From the NCBI RefSeq assembly GCF_009914755.1, contig NC_060926.1: 64,000 nucleotides of DNA; one strand, written 5' to 3'. The position numbers and the translations under genes are program-made. The stretch is from the human T2T-CHM13v2.0 reference genome, Homo sapiens. Positions 43,679 to 58,601 of this stretch are shown piece by piece. The notes under the pieces were generated by a model. It was not told the origin of the DNA and made no database searches. It worked only from the letters and a program-made list of their open reading frames with translations. The stretch's first letter is position 1; every line of letters starts with the position of its first letter.

Positions 43679-45286
43679 GAAGGTGATATTGTCCCTGCTG
43701 ACAATGTATGAACTAGACCGATTATTTTAAGATAACAATGCATAATCAACAAATTAATAGGCACCTTTAAAATGACTGTCAGATGACTGAAATGAAGACC
43801 CTGTGTTTGCTACCCTCTCACTGCTGGATATTGGGCTCTGGTTAACTGGCCTGTGCTATGGAGTAAATTACCTCTCGTTACAGTTCTACTCTGCTCCATT
43901 TGGGCACTGTGGCTCAACCCTTTTGCTTTCAGGGACAGCATTTTGTCCAGAACCAATTGTTCTATATAGGATCCCCAAATGACTGCAAACTTTAGACAGC
44001 CTAGACTGTTATTGAACAAAAGCAATCTTGAGAATACAATAATAATATCACAAAGAAAAGAATTTCTGGGTAGAAAGTAGTGGAAAGTTTTTGCTTAGCT
44101 TGGTGTTAGTTATAAAATAAACTATGGAGGACATATCAAACATTTTAAGTAAATATACTTTTCCATGTAAAACACTCTATTACTCACCAATGATCAAATT
44201 ACTAAATATATAGAAATCAAACATAGTTATCATTTGAGTCTCTCTCTGCAAGTGATACATTTGCTACATTTCCACTGCCAAAAATATTTCTCCTTGGGGT
44301 TTTCTTTTATTTTTTAAGGAAGTCTTTTCAAAAATTAAGAGTTGCATGCTTATGAGTCTCACTTTTCATTGACCAAGTCTTAAGGCTTTGAGGGACTTTG
44401 AACTGGAAACCATGGTGATGACTCATAAATGTCACATTAGCATGATAAGCAGCAGATTTTGATTTTGTGGTGAGATTATACATTTTATCCATTACTAAAA
44501 TAGATTATTGAGATTATATGGAAACTAACTTCAGTAATCGCAATCTATAAAATGGATCTTTTGGAAAGATCTTGTGTTCCAAAGTTGTTTACTGTTCTAA
44601 GAACCAAGCCAGTGTACTGTTGGACACCTCATTTGACTAGTATTCAGATCCCCTACATAAAAGAGCTTTTTTTAATGAATAAAAAAATCCACAAAAGAAA
44701 ATAATGTCATCTCACTTGATTAGCTGAAACAACATAAACTTCTTGGAAAAAAACCAATAATGACAACAGTAAACAAATGGTACATTTTATATGCATCATT
44801 TATTTTTTCTGTGCTGACAAGTACCTTTTTAAGGTGTTCTGTTTTAGGGGAAAGCACCAATGATTGAATACTAGTGAAGATTAAGTTGCTTACCTATCAC
44901 CTGCTTAGTGGTATTTTGTGTTTCTTGTCAGTAACAATATCAAAAGCAGTTTATTAGTTTGTTTTTCTCTTTTTTTTGTAGGTCTTGGGTCTTGGACAAG
45001 TCACAACTGTGTTACCTTCAATGAAAACAGCAGACAAATCTTATTTGTAATATTTTTTGTGATTCTCAGAATTTGCCAAGGATCAATGGAAGCATTTGCC
45101 TCTTGTCACATTCAGGCCACTGAACAGGTGGCCTGAACAGCTTGGGCTACTGAAGTGGCATTGAACTCAGAGCCAAGATATCTGAACATTGCCGAAGAAA
45201 AATACTGCAAAGAAAATGAGATAAAAGTGTAGGTGATCGAGAGCAGGACTGAGAAGTGTAGGAAAGATATTAAAAGAAAGATTGTG

Positions 45287-45648
<362 letters not shown>

Positions 45649-45899
45649 TTAAAATAGCTAAAAGAATGTCTCCAGTCTAACAAGGGAATTATTGAAAACA
45701 TTATTCACATACCATATTTCTAAGAAATTAATTTTCATGCAAATCTATTTGATCTGCTGAAGTTTTCAGTTCCTTGACATAGACCTAATTTTTTTCTGAC
45801 ACAGCAAAATAGCATCTTCATTTGGTCTCTGTACATGATAGACTTCCTAACTTAGCTAAACAAATGCGTGTTCTCTAGAACTAGCCTCCAATGAACATA

Positions 45900-46078
45900 A
45901 TCAAAATTGCATAAAGAATAGATTTTCAATGTTTTCACCACAAAAAAGATAAGTTGCTGAGGTGATGGATATAAATTACTTAGTTTGACTAAATCTCTCT
46001 ACAATACATAAATAGATCAAAACATCACATTGTATTCTATAAATATATGCAATTATTATTGGTCAATTAAAAATAAAT
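45900..46078 (+). mobile_element. L1MA 3' end
   Basis: TCACCACAAAAAAGATAAG..GAGGTGATGGATA...AAAACATCACATTGTA...GTCAATTAAAAATAAA. Confidence 0.75.
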
Positions 46079-47299
46079 TTGTGAAAAATCTTGAATAGAA
46101 TGTAAGCAGAGAAAAGAAAGAAATCCTTTCCTGAATCAAAAATGTCAGTTTCCAAATGTGTGAATCATTAATACTGAATAAGAAGCACAGTACTATCTCA
46201 TTTCAGCCATTTCTTCTTTCTCTATCTCACTTCTTTACTTAAAAAATTAAAATGGGCTTCCTAACCTTTCCCATTATACCCCTCAATATTAACAGTAATT
46301 TTAGCTTATTTGATATTTTTCTTAAAAATACAACTATTTGAACAGTATTGCGTTATTTAAGACAAGTAAAATTCCAAATATTTTCAAGACAAAATAACAA
46401 GCTGTATTGCAGCAGGTTTTCAAGTAGAATAATAAAGTTTACGTGCAAGAAAAATAAAACTTTTGGCTTGGTTTGTAAATATGTGTCAAACTAATGTATT
46501 CTTGCCCACAATATTTCCTATAATATCCCATTCTGTTGGGCTTAACTCAAAGTTATTCATCTGTTTTTAAAACTTAGATTCTCCCACGCATTGGAAATTG
46601 TTAGAGATGTATTATGGGGAGCTTTGGGCAGAGGTCCCAGGAATACCCACACTCATCCTAGCCCAGCTACTCTTCCGATGAGATCCTATGGTAAGTAGGT
46701 AAGCAGGGAGGAATGGAGCCAGCAAAATATCTTTCCTAGTGGACCCTGGGGCGTAAACCTCAAAGAAGAGTATTAATGAGAGAGGCAATAGACAATCATC
46801 AGTTGCCTTTGTCTGACAGCTACCTATGGCCTCAAAATAAGGAAATTGGAGAGGCCTATTCTTGCCTTCCTACCAAGCCCACACTTGCAACTTGCCTGTA
46901 GACACAGTGGGAGGACGAAACCTCAGTGCAGAGCATGCCAGCCTCCGCAAGGAGGAAGAGAGTAGTGGGAGCAATGAGAGAGGCTGCCTCCAGTGTCCGG
47001 AGATGCCCACCCAGAGCTATTCAAATCTACCCAGTCCAGGTTGGTCTAACCCAGAAGATCTGAAAGCCCCATAAAACACTGAAGAAGGGAGCTGAGGAAG
47101 AAGCAAGATTTCTCCTTCCTCTATCCTAGGAGCAAAAATATAGCCACAGGAAACGAAGAGTGGAAGAAACAGATTGGCCTTCTCCCAACTCTGGTGGAAG
47201 AGACACAGAAAGAAGTGTGACTACAGTGGGCGTTAGTCCCAATACTGTGTCTTCACCATAGACACCACCTTAAAAAAATGTGGCCCAATTAATATCCTA

Positions 47300-47617
<318 letters not shown>

Positions 47618-48847
47618 CTAGACTTTGACTAAGTCATAGCCACATTTCTCATTAGGAAATTTGAGGGTTTAAGGACTTTGATAGGAAAAACTATGGACTT
47701 CAAATCTAAATTTTTGTCACAATTTTACTCTAAAAGGTATTTTTACATACTACATGTAATAACTTTGCATCTTCATGTACGATATACCTGTGTACACACA
47801 CACACACACACACACACAGATGAATAATCCTCCTCCCCCAGTTTTGGGTAGGAAACTACCTTTAAAGTTATTCAAATTTATTAGCTTCTGCTTACAGTGA
47901 ACATTGAGGTTAGAAACCGTATCTTGCACTACCAACCCAGTAAATATGCACAAAGGATTATGAACCAATAAGAATGAAGTTGACTCAGGGTGATCTGTCC
48001 TGCTTCATATATCCAGCAAATCTTGGCTAATCTAAAATTCAAAACAGATGGACAACTGAAATTCTTTTTTTTTTCTATCTTTGCTACATTCCTTGTTTCC
48101 ATGTTTCCAACTATGTCCATTTTTCCAACTATATTCCTTAATTAAATTTTTCAAAAAACATATCAAGTACCTTCTTTGGAAAAAAGTATTAAATAAAGTA
48201 ACCTAGTAATGCCAAAATGTAAGAAGGAGGCTACTAGTGTATTTATTTTTATATATTCTCTAGAACAATAAGTATTTCCTGGCAGATGCTAAATGAGGTA
48301 GTCCCAGCAATCTAAGGTTTTTATCCTACATATATTATTGGAATATTTTGAATTCTCAAACTTCCATCCAGAAGATTTCTCCCTTAATTTTTCACCAGTT
48401 TAGGGGTGGCCAATCTGGTGACTATAATCCCCCCTTAAAAACAGAAACAACTTACAATCACGAATTCTAGCCACAAACAGAAGCCAAGGCAGATCCTTTA
48501 CCTCACAGGGAATCCAGAGAAGGGCTGTTTTTTGGAATTTGTGTTTGGAAAAAAGCCAAATTCTATGCAAGTCTGATAAATCCATTTTCTGGCTATAAAG
48601 CAAAACATCAATCAATGTGGCCAGTATGATAGTTACTACTGTGTGTTAACTTGACAGGGCACAGGGTGCCCAGGTATTTGCTTAAACATCATTCTGGGTG
48701 TGTCTGTGAGGGTGTTTCTGGATGAGATTCACATTTGAATAGATGGACAGAGAAAGGAAGATTGCCTTCCCATTGTGGGTGGGCCTGATCCAATCTGTTG
48801 AAGGCCTGAATAGAACCAAAGACTGCGTAAGGGAGAATTCCCTCACT

Positions 48848-48926
48848 TTCTCTCTCTCTCTTTATCTCTCTCTCTCTTTCTCTCTCTCTCTTTATCTCTC
48901 TCTCTCTTTCTCTCTCTCTCTCTTTA

Positions 48927-48956
<30 letters not shown>
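48848..48956. repeat. (TC)n-rich polypyrimidine tract
   Basis: Read directly. Confidence 0.95.
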
Positions 48957-48957
<1 letters not shown>

Positions 48958-49168
48958 GCCTGTATTTGAGCTGGAATATCTGTCTTCTTCTGTCTTCAGA
49001 CTTGAATTCAGATGGGAACTTATGCCATCAGCTCTCCTGGTCTCAGGTCCTCAGACTTGGATTGGAAATATACTAGCAGCTCTGGTGGGTCTCCAGCTTG
49101 CCAACTGCAATCTTGAAATTTCTCAGCCTCCATAATCACATGAGTTAGTTCCTTATAATAAATCTCTT

Positions 49169-49226
<58 letters not shown>

Positions 49227-49255
49227 GAGAGAGACAGAGAGACAGAGAGACAGAG
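49169..49255. repeat. (TA)n(GA)n microsatellite; a second GA tract lies at 49488-49577
   Basis: Read directly. Confidence 0.95.
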
Positions 49256-49538
49256 TTCTTTGTATCTTTACGTACAATATACCTTCGTGCGTGCACAGGC
49301 ACACACACACACTCTCTCTTTCTCTTTCCCTTTCTCTCTCATGAGTAATCCTCTTTTCCCAATTGTGAGTAGGAGACTACCTTTAAAGTTCTTCATATTT
49401 ATTAGATTCTGCTTACAGTGAACAATTCTCTCTCTCTCTCCCCAGATACAGTTTTTCTAATTCATGTTTGGAAAGAAGCCAAATAGGGAGAGAGACAGAG
49501 AGACAGAAAGAGACAGAGAGAGATTGAGAGAATGAGAG

Positions 49539-49579
<41 letters not shown>

Positions 49580-50210
49580 TTCTGTTTCTCTGGAGACTCC
49601 AGACTAACACAGCCAGAAATGAAATTTTTGTTGGTGATCAAATAAGATGCTTTAAAAAATTTTAAGTACTCTAATTTACATGTTACCCATACCCTTCTAG
49701 AACAAATTTGATCTCTGTGTTATCTTAGTGTTATTTTTAGTCATGTCCAAGCTATTGCTACACAAAAGTACTGAAACTATGTCCTATGATCAGGCACTGT
49801 CAAGGCCACCACGTGCTCTTGAAGGAACCCCCACTCCTTCCTCTCAGCACTTGGATCCATCCAATTCTTCCCCCTCTATTCACAGTCTGCTGGAATATGT
49901 TCATTCTCTCTGCACCCTTCTTTATTTAGTTAACTTCTCAGGATCTCCAAGGTCTTTCACAGCAAAGCTTCCTGTAGGAAGGACACAAACTCAGTGTCTC
50001 TGCTCTTCACCATTGCTAAACCCTCAGCTACTTTGTAACAGAACCTCTCTTCTAGAGGTCACCAATATTGGTTGGATGACTAAATCAATTAATCAAATTA
50101 TGAATAATAATTTAGAAGTTTGGTTCATTGAAAGTCTATCAGCTATATCAAAAAATTTACACATTATCATGCAATTTAGTTAAAAATTTTAAGAACCATT
50201 CATTTCATAA

Positions 50211-51946
50211 CAGCGCCGATCATAATCCCAAAAGACACAGCCTCAAACACCATAATCCTGAATGTTGAGATTCCTAAAATCTAAATCCCTAAAGTCCAAA
50301 ATCCATAACATCTAGTCGAATTTCCCAACCACGATGATAGATTTAAAATTAGGTGCGATCAAGGCTTCTAAAAGTGAATCTCAAGGTGTTACCAATAAAG
50401 TTGGGTTTTTCCATTCAGCCCAATGCATTCAGTGGAAAAATCCAGATGAGTGGATTGGCCACGTAATATGGCAATGACGAAAACTTCAGTTTAAAAATGT
50501 GTCATTTGTCTGCATTGGCATTCCTTCCAGCTGACATAAATCCAGGAGCTTTTTTTTTTTAACTTTTATTTTAGGTTCAGGGGTACACGTAGAGGCTTAT
50601 TACGTAGCTAAACTCTTGTCACAGGTGTTTGGTGTATAGATTATTTCATCAGCTTCAGGAGCTTTTAATGAATTAAAGCCAGATTTTCTTGAAGAAGCCA
50701 GCAAAGATACTGTCTGGTTCCAAAATAATCATGAGCATGGTAGGATAAGAAGACACTGACACAACGGTGTTGGGTTCCATTACCAGGATTGTTCCTGCCA
50801 AATTTGTGGTCTGTGTATGACTGCATGCAGAATGGAGTCCTGTGTACCCAAAACAACATAGAAATATGGCACAGAAGATGGAAAAATTTAACAGGAAATG
50901 TTCATGTCAAGGTATACTGAATCATAGAATAACTTCAAAAAGAGCAGTGCTACCTAGAAAATGAATGTGAATATATTTTGAGAAAAGCCATGTCCTAAAA
51001 AACAAAAAGCAGCTATTCATTGTGATGCAAGACTTCAAAATGTGGTTAATGATGGTGAAAGTTGACCAGCTCTTCTGTGCTATCTCCATGCAATTACCCA
51101 CAATCTATCCCTGTAATATACTTTTTCACATGTCAACTTTTCTTTTTAGTTTTTCTGTTTGTCTATTTTGGGGTTTGTTTGTTTTTAGCTCTTTTCCCCA
51201 CTGTTTTAAATTATCAGCATTACTTTTTACAATTTGCTGTGCTAGGTGTTTCATCTTCACATCATTTCCAAATAAATTGTGTAAAAATTTTTAGAGAGAT
51301 CTAATTCTTTTTATGTATTTTTATTTTGCAGATTTGACTCCATGAATGTGCATTATCCAACTTTGACTTGGTATGTAAGCCTTGTGCATGTATTTAAAAA
51401 TATCGAAACTTCCTCAATACATGAAGAGGTTTCTTTTTTGTACATCTGCATTTGTGAAAGGTAAAACTTCTCCAAAATCTCAGTTCTTTGAGCAACTGCA
51501 TATGCGGTGGTAACCCATCAAGGTTTTCAATCAATCTCATCAAAAGACTTGGGTTGTACATCATGATATTTCAGAAGACCACAATTATATAAGCTATTTC
51601 ACTATTAATAGAGTTCATCTGCCCATAACTGTGACTGTCATTAGTATGCCTGAGTTATCTACTTATAAAACTATGTGTTATTATTGCCTATTTTATTGTG
51701 GAAAGTGGCCTTTGAAGTGTCCTGTCATGCTTTTCTACGTTTTTCAATAAATCCTCTTTTAAAAATGTAAACAAGATCTTTAAAAATTTTTTTAAATTTT
51801 TTTTAGAATTATGTTTTCAGGATTTTGATCTTTTGGGATTGTGATTTTCAGGGTTTTAGGCTTTAGGGATTTTGATCTTTGGGGATTTCAACATTCAGGA
51901 TTATAGAGTTTAGGATTTTTGTTTTTTAGGATTATTGCCCAAACCC
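50211..51946 (+). mobile_element. Ricksha (MULE-MuDR) DNA transposon with transposase remnants
   Basis: Long subterminal inverted repeats (ATAATCCTGAATGTTGAGATTCCTAAA / TTTGGGGATTTCAACATTCAGGATTAT); 9-bp TSD ATTTCATAA / ATATCATAA; peptides IDLKLGAIKA...FFHSAQC and TQNNIEIWHRRW. Confidence 0.87.
50551..50653 (-). mobile_element. ~100-bp L1PA 3' tip inserted in Ricksha
   Basis: Poly-T then TTTAGGTTCAGGGGTACAC...GATTATTTCATCA; TSD CAGGAGCTTTT. Confidence 0.85.
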
Positions 51947-54661
51947 ATATCATAAATAGCTTGAAGTTGCTAGTTATATTGAATTTCAAGCAGGCTAGTG
52001 GAAGATAACAAGGACATTTAGGATAGGAATGTTAGGGGCCTTCCTTTGGTCAAAACTACTCCTAAATAGTAAAATTACTTCTCTAGTAGAGAAGTCACAA
52101 GTCAGATTACAGAGCCATAGGTAAGCTGTAGAGCTAAGAGAAGCAATAGTGATCACCTTAACCCTCTGACATTGTATAGGTGTGAAGGTAATGGCCCCAA
52201 AAGTTAAAAACATACTTGGGAATAGAATTATGGTGTTAAGAGCACACAGAATTGAGAAATGATCTAAAAAAAAAATTCTACATTTTGCCTAGGCTGGACA
52301 ATTTGGAAGATTTCATATGATCCAAATAAATTAAGGAAGCTAAAATTTTGTTTCTCTAGCATAATTTTTTTCTCTCTATTCATCTTTTTAATACATAATA
52401 GGAATGTACAATCAAAACATTTAGTCACTGAGCTAGTGAACAAGAACTTTTCTACAGTCTGACCATAGGGACATCTTGCATTTACTACACATAAACTCAT
52501 AACCACAATAGCTCCTAGTCTATGAAAGCATACATTGCATTATAACAGGTGTCTGTTGTCTTGGGAATTGTCAAATTCCCCTTGACCATGGTAAAAACAT
52601 GTGCTCTATCTGACTGGTCTAATCAAAGAGGTCTGAAATCCAGGATTTAGCCTCCAACTTTTCTCAGGGCCTGAATCACTTCGCCAAACATTTATCTACT
52701 GCCTGTTCTGTGTTGGTCATTGTCGAGATTTTAAGACAAACTACACATTATCTCTGCTCTCAATAAGCTTACAGAATACAGAAAGACAAACAGAAATGCA
52801 GGGCCTGAACCTGACCTCTTCCAATAAGCCTTTTTTAACTTAAATCATATATTAACATTAACGCCGGTCCCTTATTCCACTGGCACTGGTTGTCAACTCC
52901 AATCTCCCTAACTAGATCTCTTTTGAGGTATACTACACTCTCACTGCCTTCAAAAATTACTTTGAATTGAATATTCCAAGAACCAACTAACATGAAACCC
53001 CTTTTGAGATTTTGGCTATAGAGGGCTCCTTCACACCCAAAAGCTAAGTGAGCTTTTCCAGTAGAGTTGGGCTTAATCCTAAATCCTCAAAGCTATATTG
53101 TGATACCACATGTCAGAAGTTAGCAGGAAAGAAGCCTTAAGCATCAACCTCCTAAGGCATCTGAATTCTGATAATTATACAAAAGAGGCTTTCAACACTT
53201 ACCATGTAGCAGAATCTCAAGAAAAAGTTTTAAAACTCCAGATCTCCAAGTTCCACTCTCAGACATTCCAGTTCAGCCTACCTGAAAATGACTTCAGTGG
53301 TGGTGGTGGTGTGGTTTTACAACTTTTTAAATCTCTCTAGGCCATTCTAGGGTACAGCCAGGTTTGAGAACTGCTCTATACAGAATTTGAGTAGGGTGAG
53401 ATGTTTTCTTAGCCTCAATAATGCTTGATTGATGTCGAAGTGTACTGAAGGCTCATCTTTCTTTACTCTGCTTCTTGAAACCCTGAGAACTCGATACTTC
53501 TGTCCCTTTTATCAAAGTGATTTAATTTGTACATGGTAAGCTCCTTGACTCATTCACTCTCTCTTCCCATTCTTGTGTAAAACCCTTACCTAGTGATCCT
53601 CTTATAATGCTTTATCATGCTTAATGCAGCCACACAGTTTGCAGTGTTTAATGCATATCGCTGATTTCCTATATTCACATTTCACAAAAGGAAAATTCAG
53701 TTTTGCCAAGTGACATTTTTCCTGCTCCCAATTTTTGCTGGTCCCAGAAGTATCAAATGAGGATTCCATGAATTGATGGTAATTTACAGAAAGGCAAGAT
53801 ACATTATCCATTGGAGTATTTTATTTATAACCGTTACATATCTTTCATGCGGCAAACCTAGTGAGGTGTTAGTTACTACTGCGCAAAAATCAATGTTGAC
53901 CAGAGACCTCAGTATTCTCTATAAGAAACAAGACTCCAATTATCCTTAAAATAATATACATAGGATGACTTTTGATTTCTAATGAAATTCATCTCAAAAA
54001 ATTATTTTAAATGCCTAAACTGATTGCTGTTATAAAGTGCAGTGCAAATCCTTTGGTGACTTCCCTGGAGATCAATGCATAAAAACTGTCAGCTCATCCA
54101 AGTGGGTCGCAAGGTCTATTCGGAGTGAGTTGATATCCCTTGTACATGGCACAGAGTTCATGAAAGCATCTGTTTTCTCAAGAGATTTCTGGCATTCAGT
54201 TAGATGTTTGATTTGGAAGGGTTTACAAGTAAGAAAGCCTTAACTGAACATCTACTATGCTGTCAGGACAGTGCTAGAACCTTTGGGAGGTGCAAAAGAT
54301 CAACCCTTTGGGAAGCACCGGTCGAAGAAGACAAAACACATATGGTATGAAAACAGTTATAAGTTTCTGGGGGAATTCTGAAGAGAGGGAGGAGGTTAAT
54401 GAGAACAGGAATTATGAGGAAAGCCTTCTTGAAGGAGGTAGGAATTGAGGTAGGTCTAGAAGGTTGTATAAGATTTAGGGAAATAAAGATTAAAAACAGT
54501 GCATCTTAGGCAAGAGGAATCCTGTGTCTGCAGAAGTAGTGGCAAGGATGTGTGGGGCCCACAAGAATGATGAAGCAGGCCTCTGTGTGACCCTGAGCTC
54601 ATTACATAACCACTCTGATCCTGTCTGATCATGTGTTTGATGGAGACAATAAGAATAAGCC

Positions 54662-54937
54662 GGCTGGGCGCAGTGGCTCACGCCTGTAATCCCAGCACTT
54701 TGGGAGGCCCAAGCAGGCGGATCACGAGGTCAGGAGTTCCAGACCAGCCTGACCAACGTGGTGAAACCCCGTCTCTACTAAAAATATAAAAATTAGCTGG
54801 GCGTGGTGGCACATACCTGTAATCCCAGCTACTCAAGAGGCTGAGGCAGGAGAATCGCTTGAACTGGGGAGGCTGAGGTTGCAGTGAGCCAAGATTGTGC
54901 CACTACATTCCAGCCTGGGTGACAGAGCAAGACTCTC
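54662..54937 (+). mobile_element. Alu (AluSg-like) lacking an A-tail
   Basis: GGATCACGAGGTCAGGAGTTC; ends GCAAGACTCTC with no poly-A. Confidence 0.93.
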
Positions 54938-54957
54938 AGAATAGTGTGTAAAACAGG

Positions 54958-55255
54958 GGCCAGGCACGTTGGCTTATGCCTGTAATTCCAGCACTTTGGG
55001 AGGCCAAGGCAGGCAGATCATCTGAGGTCAGGAATCCAAGACCAACCTGGCCAACAGGGTGAAACCCCATCTCTACTAAAAATACAAAAAAATTAGCTGG
55101 GCATTGTGGTGCGTGCCTTTAGTCCCAGCTTCTCGGGAGGCTGAGGCAGGATAATCGCTTGTGCCTGGAAGTGGAGATTTCAGTGAGCTGAGATTGCGCC
55201 ACTGTACTCCAGCCTACGTGACAGAGGAAGACTGTCTCAAAAAAAAAAAAAAAAA
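54958..55255 (+). mobile_element. Alu (AluSx-like)
   Basis: Full dimer with A-tail; flanked by AGAATAGTGTGTA / AGAACAGTGTGTA. Confidence 0.94.
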
Positions 55256-56931
55256 GAACAGTGTGTATCCAAGATAAGTATCCAAGAAAAAAGTGGAAAT
55301 AACCATTGACTGTAGAATGTGGCTAGATTATAGAATGTTATAAATTTGAGAAGATGAAATCGTAAGGAATAGTAATGATAAGTTTTTGAACAGAGGGGCA
55401 GGTTAATGAAATGGAATAGTCAAGGAGGATCAGCCCTGGCAGTATGTTTGGGCTGTATTATGGGACAGGAAGGGATATTCTGACATTCTGTTACTGACCA
55501 AGTCATTCACGTAAATTCACCCTTTCATGAAGGCATCACCAACTGCAATGCCATCATGCACCCAGAAAGGGATTTGGGCAGAAATCCATGACTTTTCTCA
55601 CCTCACGTGTTAAAAGTCATAAAAGTCCCTTCTGAGTTATTCTTAGAAAGAAAAATACATTTGCTAACAACATACTCATTAGGAACTGACAGTGCCTTCC
55701 CTGAACACCCGTTTTAGCAAGGAAGTTACAGTATTATGACATGCTGATATATCTATTTCTAGAGTTTTTGAGGGGTTTTTGTTTTGGATTTGGTTTGGTT
55801 TTGGTTTTTGAGGAGGGAAACAGGGAGTGACTTGACGGTAAAATACACTTTCATGACAGAAATAGACCACGTGGTTTTAATTAGGGAGGAGCATAGTGTC
55901 TCTTCAGCTTAGCAGTAAATCAGGGCTTTGTGGGGCCCAGTCGGCTCTGACAACTGAAGCTTAGCCTCCCCACGTTGCAGAGAAGTCAGCTGCTAGTCTT
56001 CACATTAACTGCAGACTAAACTGCAGAGTACAGCTTGGCTTTCCAATCACACTCCACCCTACTTCCACCAGCAAATGCAGAAAAATAGAACTGACCCCCA
56101 GGGAGACTGGGAAAGGCTCTGTATTACTTTCCGGCTTAATAATTCTCTCTACCCCCATCATTTCAATTCATCCAGCAGAAAGGCACTCAGATCAACATCT
56201 CTCATCTCCAGGGGAAAGAGTCTCAGAAATTACAAAGTACCCTAAACCAATTTCCTATACTACTTTTGTATAGAAAAAAAAAAAATTATCCTGGACAGAG
56301 GAGTGCAGACTGGGTTCCTGCCCAGTTATAGGTAATGCAATATTCCTAACGGAAGCCACGGAGGCAGAACACACACACATACACCAAGAATCCTCACATT
56401 TTTCCTGTCTCATCTGAATGCCTAAAGTGTACACTTTTGTTGATAGTCAGCATAAGAGGAATAAATGGCCTTTGTAGAAATGTTCTTAAAGGAGTAAAAA
56501 ACCCAATATTTCAAATTTCCTGCTTTATTAAAATCTTTGAAAGTTTTAGTGTGGATGGAGGTCAAATGCATTTGCTAAATTATGTTTTTTGAATTCTACT
56601 GGTTGAATCATCTGTGAACTTGGGCATCCCTAATGCTAACTTTGCAGAGAGAAACTGCAGCTGACTCCTAATACGTTAAGGGTTACTAGAGAAACATAAC
56701 ATTATGAAAGGAAATGTACTCATCCTTTATGAGTCTGTGTTCTTACATCCAGTAAGACTTTCTTATTGTGGGATTAAAGACAAGATAAGGATAGACAGGA
56801 GTAGTTAATACAGAAGATAAGGTCTTAAACTCCACTCTGCAAAAGTATTGGCTGGGGAACCCAATTTCTGGATCCCAATCAGAGATTCTGAGGTGAAAAG
56901 GAATCTGCATTTTCAACATAAGTCCCAAGTA

Positions 56932-57278
<347 letters not shown>

Positions 57279-58189
57279 TGATCCACACTTTGAGAAATTC
57301 TGGTGGAGTTAAATCACTTTAGATGCTGGTTTTGAAAGACAAGACCACCTCCCAGCACATGGCCTATATTGCGGCATTTCAGGGGATTCAGCGTAGCTGA
57401 GGCCTCATTATGACAAGGCATGGATTAGCAGTATTTGCTTGAGTGAGGGAAAAAGCCTCAAAAAAATCCATAATTTGTCAAGTGCTGGGTGTTACATGAC
57501 ATCATATTAGGTATCAGGGAATTAATACACATTCTTCACACCTACCTGGCTCTTCAAAGGACAAACATTAATTTTCAACTAGAGCTACATAACCACTTGC
57601 CTTCCCGTAGGGCACATCAAAATCCCGCAAATCTATTTTTGATCGCTTCTCAGAATAAAAGATTTTTTACCTAAGAAAATTCCATGCTGTAAAGATTTTA
57701 AATTTGTAGTTACCAACCCACATATTTCTAAGAATGTTACGAGATTTCAGTCATGAAGCAAAAGGTATAATAAGATCTCTTATAAATAACAACAACCTTG
57801 GAAACTTAAAAAAAATAGGCATCAATGAGAAAAATCTATCCTTGACCATGCCTCTTGTTACTGCTCCCTAACTCCAAAGCACACCCCAAGAAATTATTGG
57901 GGATGATACACTAAAATCAACAAGCCAACAGGTGCTAAGGGAAAGAATCTGGAGTGTGAAGAGTAAGGTTTGAATTTTAATGAGCTTCATCATAAGCTTC
58001 CTTTAAACGTTCCTCCAGGAAGACACTTTTGTGCCGTCATGTTCAGAACAGGCTCACATCTGCGCTCTGCCTCATATGAGCTGTGTGACTTAGGGCAGGT
58101 GAGATGGCCTCTCTGAACATCAGTTTCCAGATCTTTAAATGTGAAGCTGATAATGTCCTACAAGTGTGGTTATTAAGAATAAATAAGAT

Positions 58190-58601
<412 letters not shown>

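Larger units (their letters stand above)
48625..49611 (+). mobile_element. MLT2B-like ERVL solo LTR, expanded by microsatellites and inserts
   Basis: TCTGGGTGTGTCTGTGAGGGTGTTTCTGGATGAGATT...CCAATCTGTTGAAGGCCTGAATAGAAC...TTCTGTTTCTCTGGAGA..GACTAACACA; perfect TSD GCCAG. Confidence 0.9.

Noticed and set aside
49728-50183. 151-aa ORF
   Set aside because: Non-ATG start, L2-like decayed sequence, no domain
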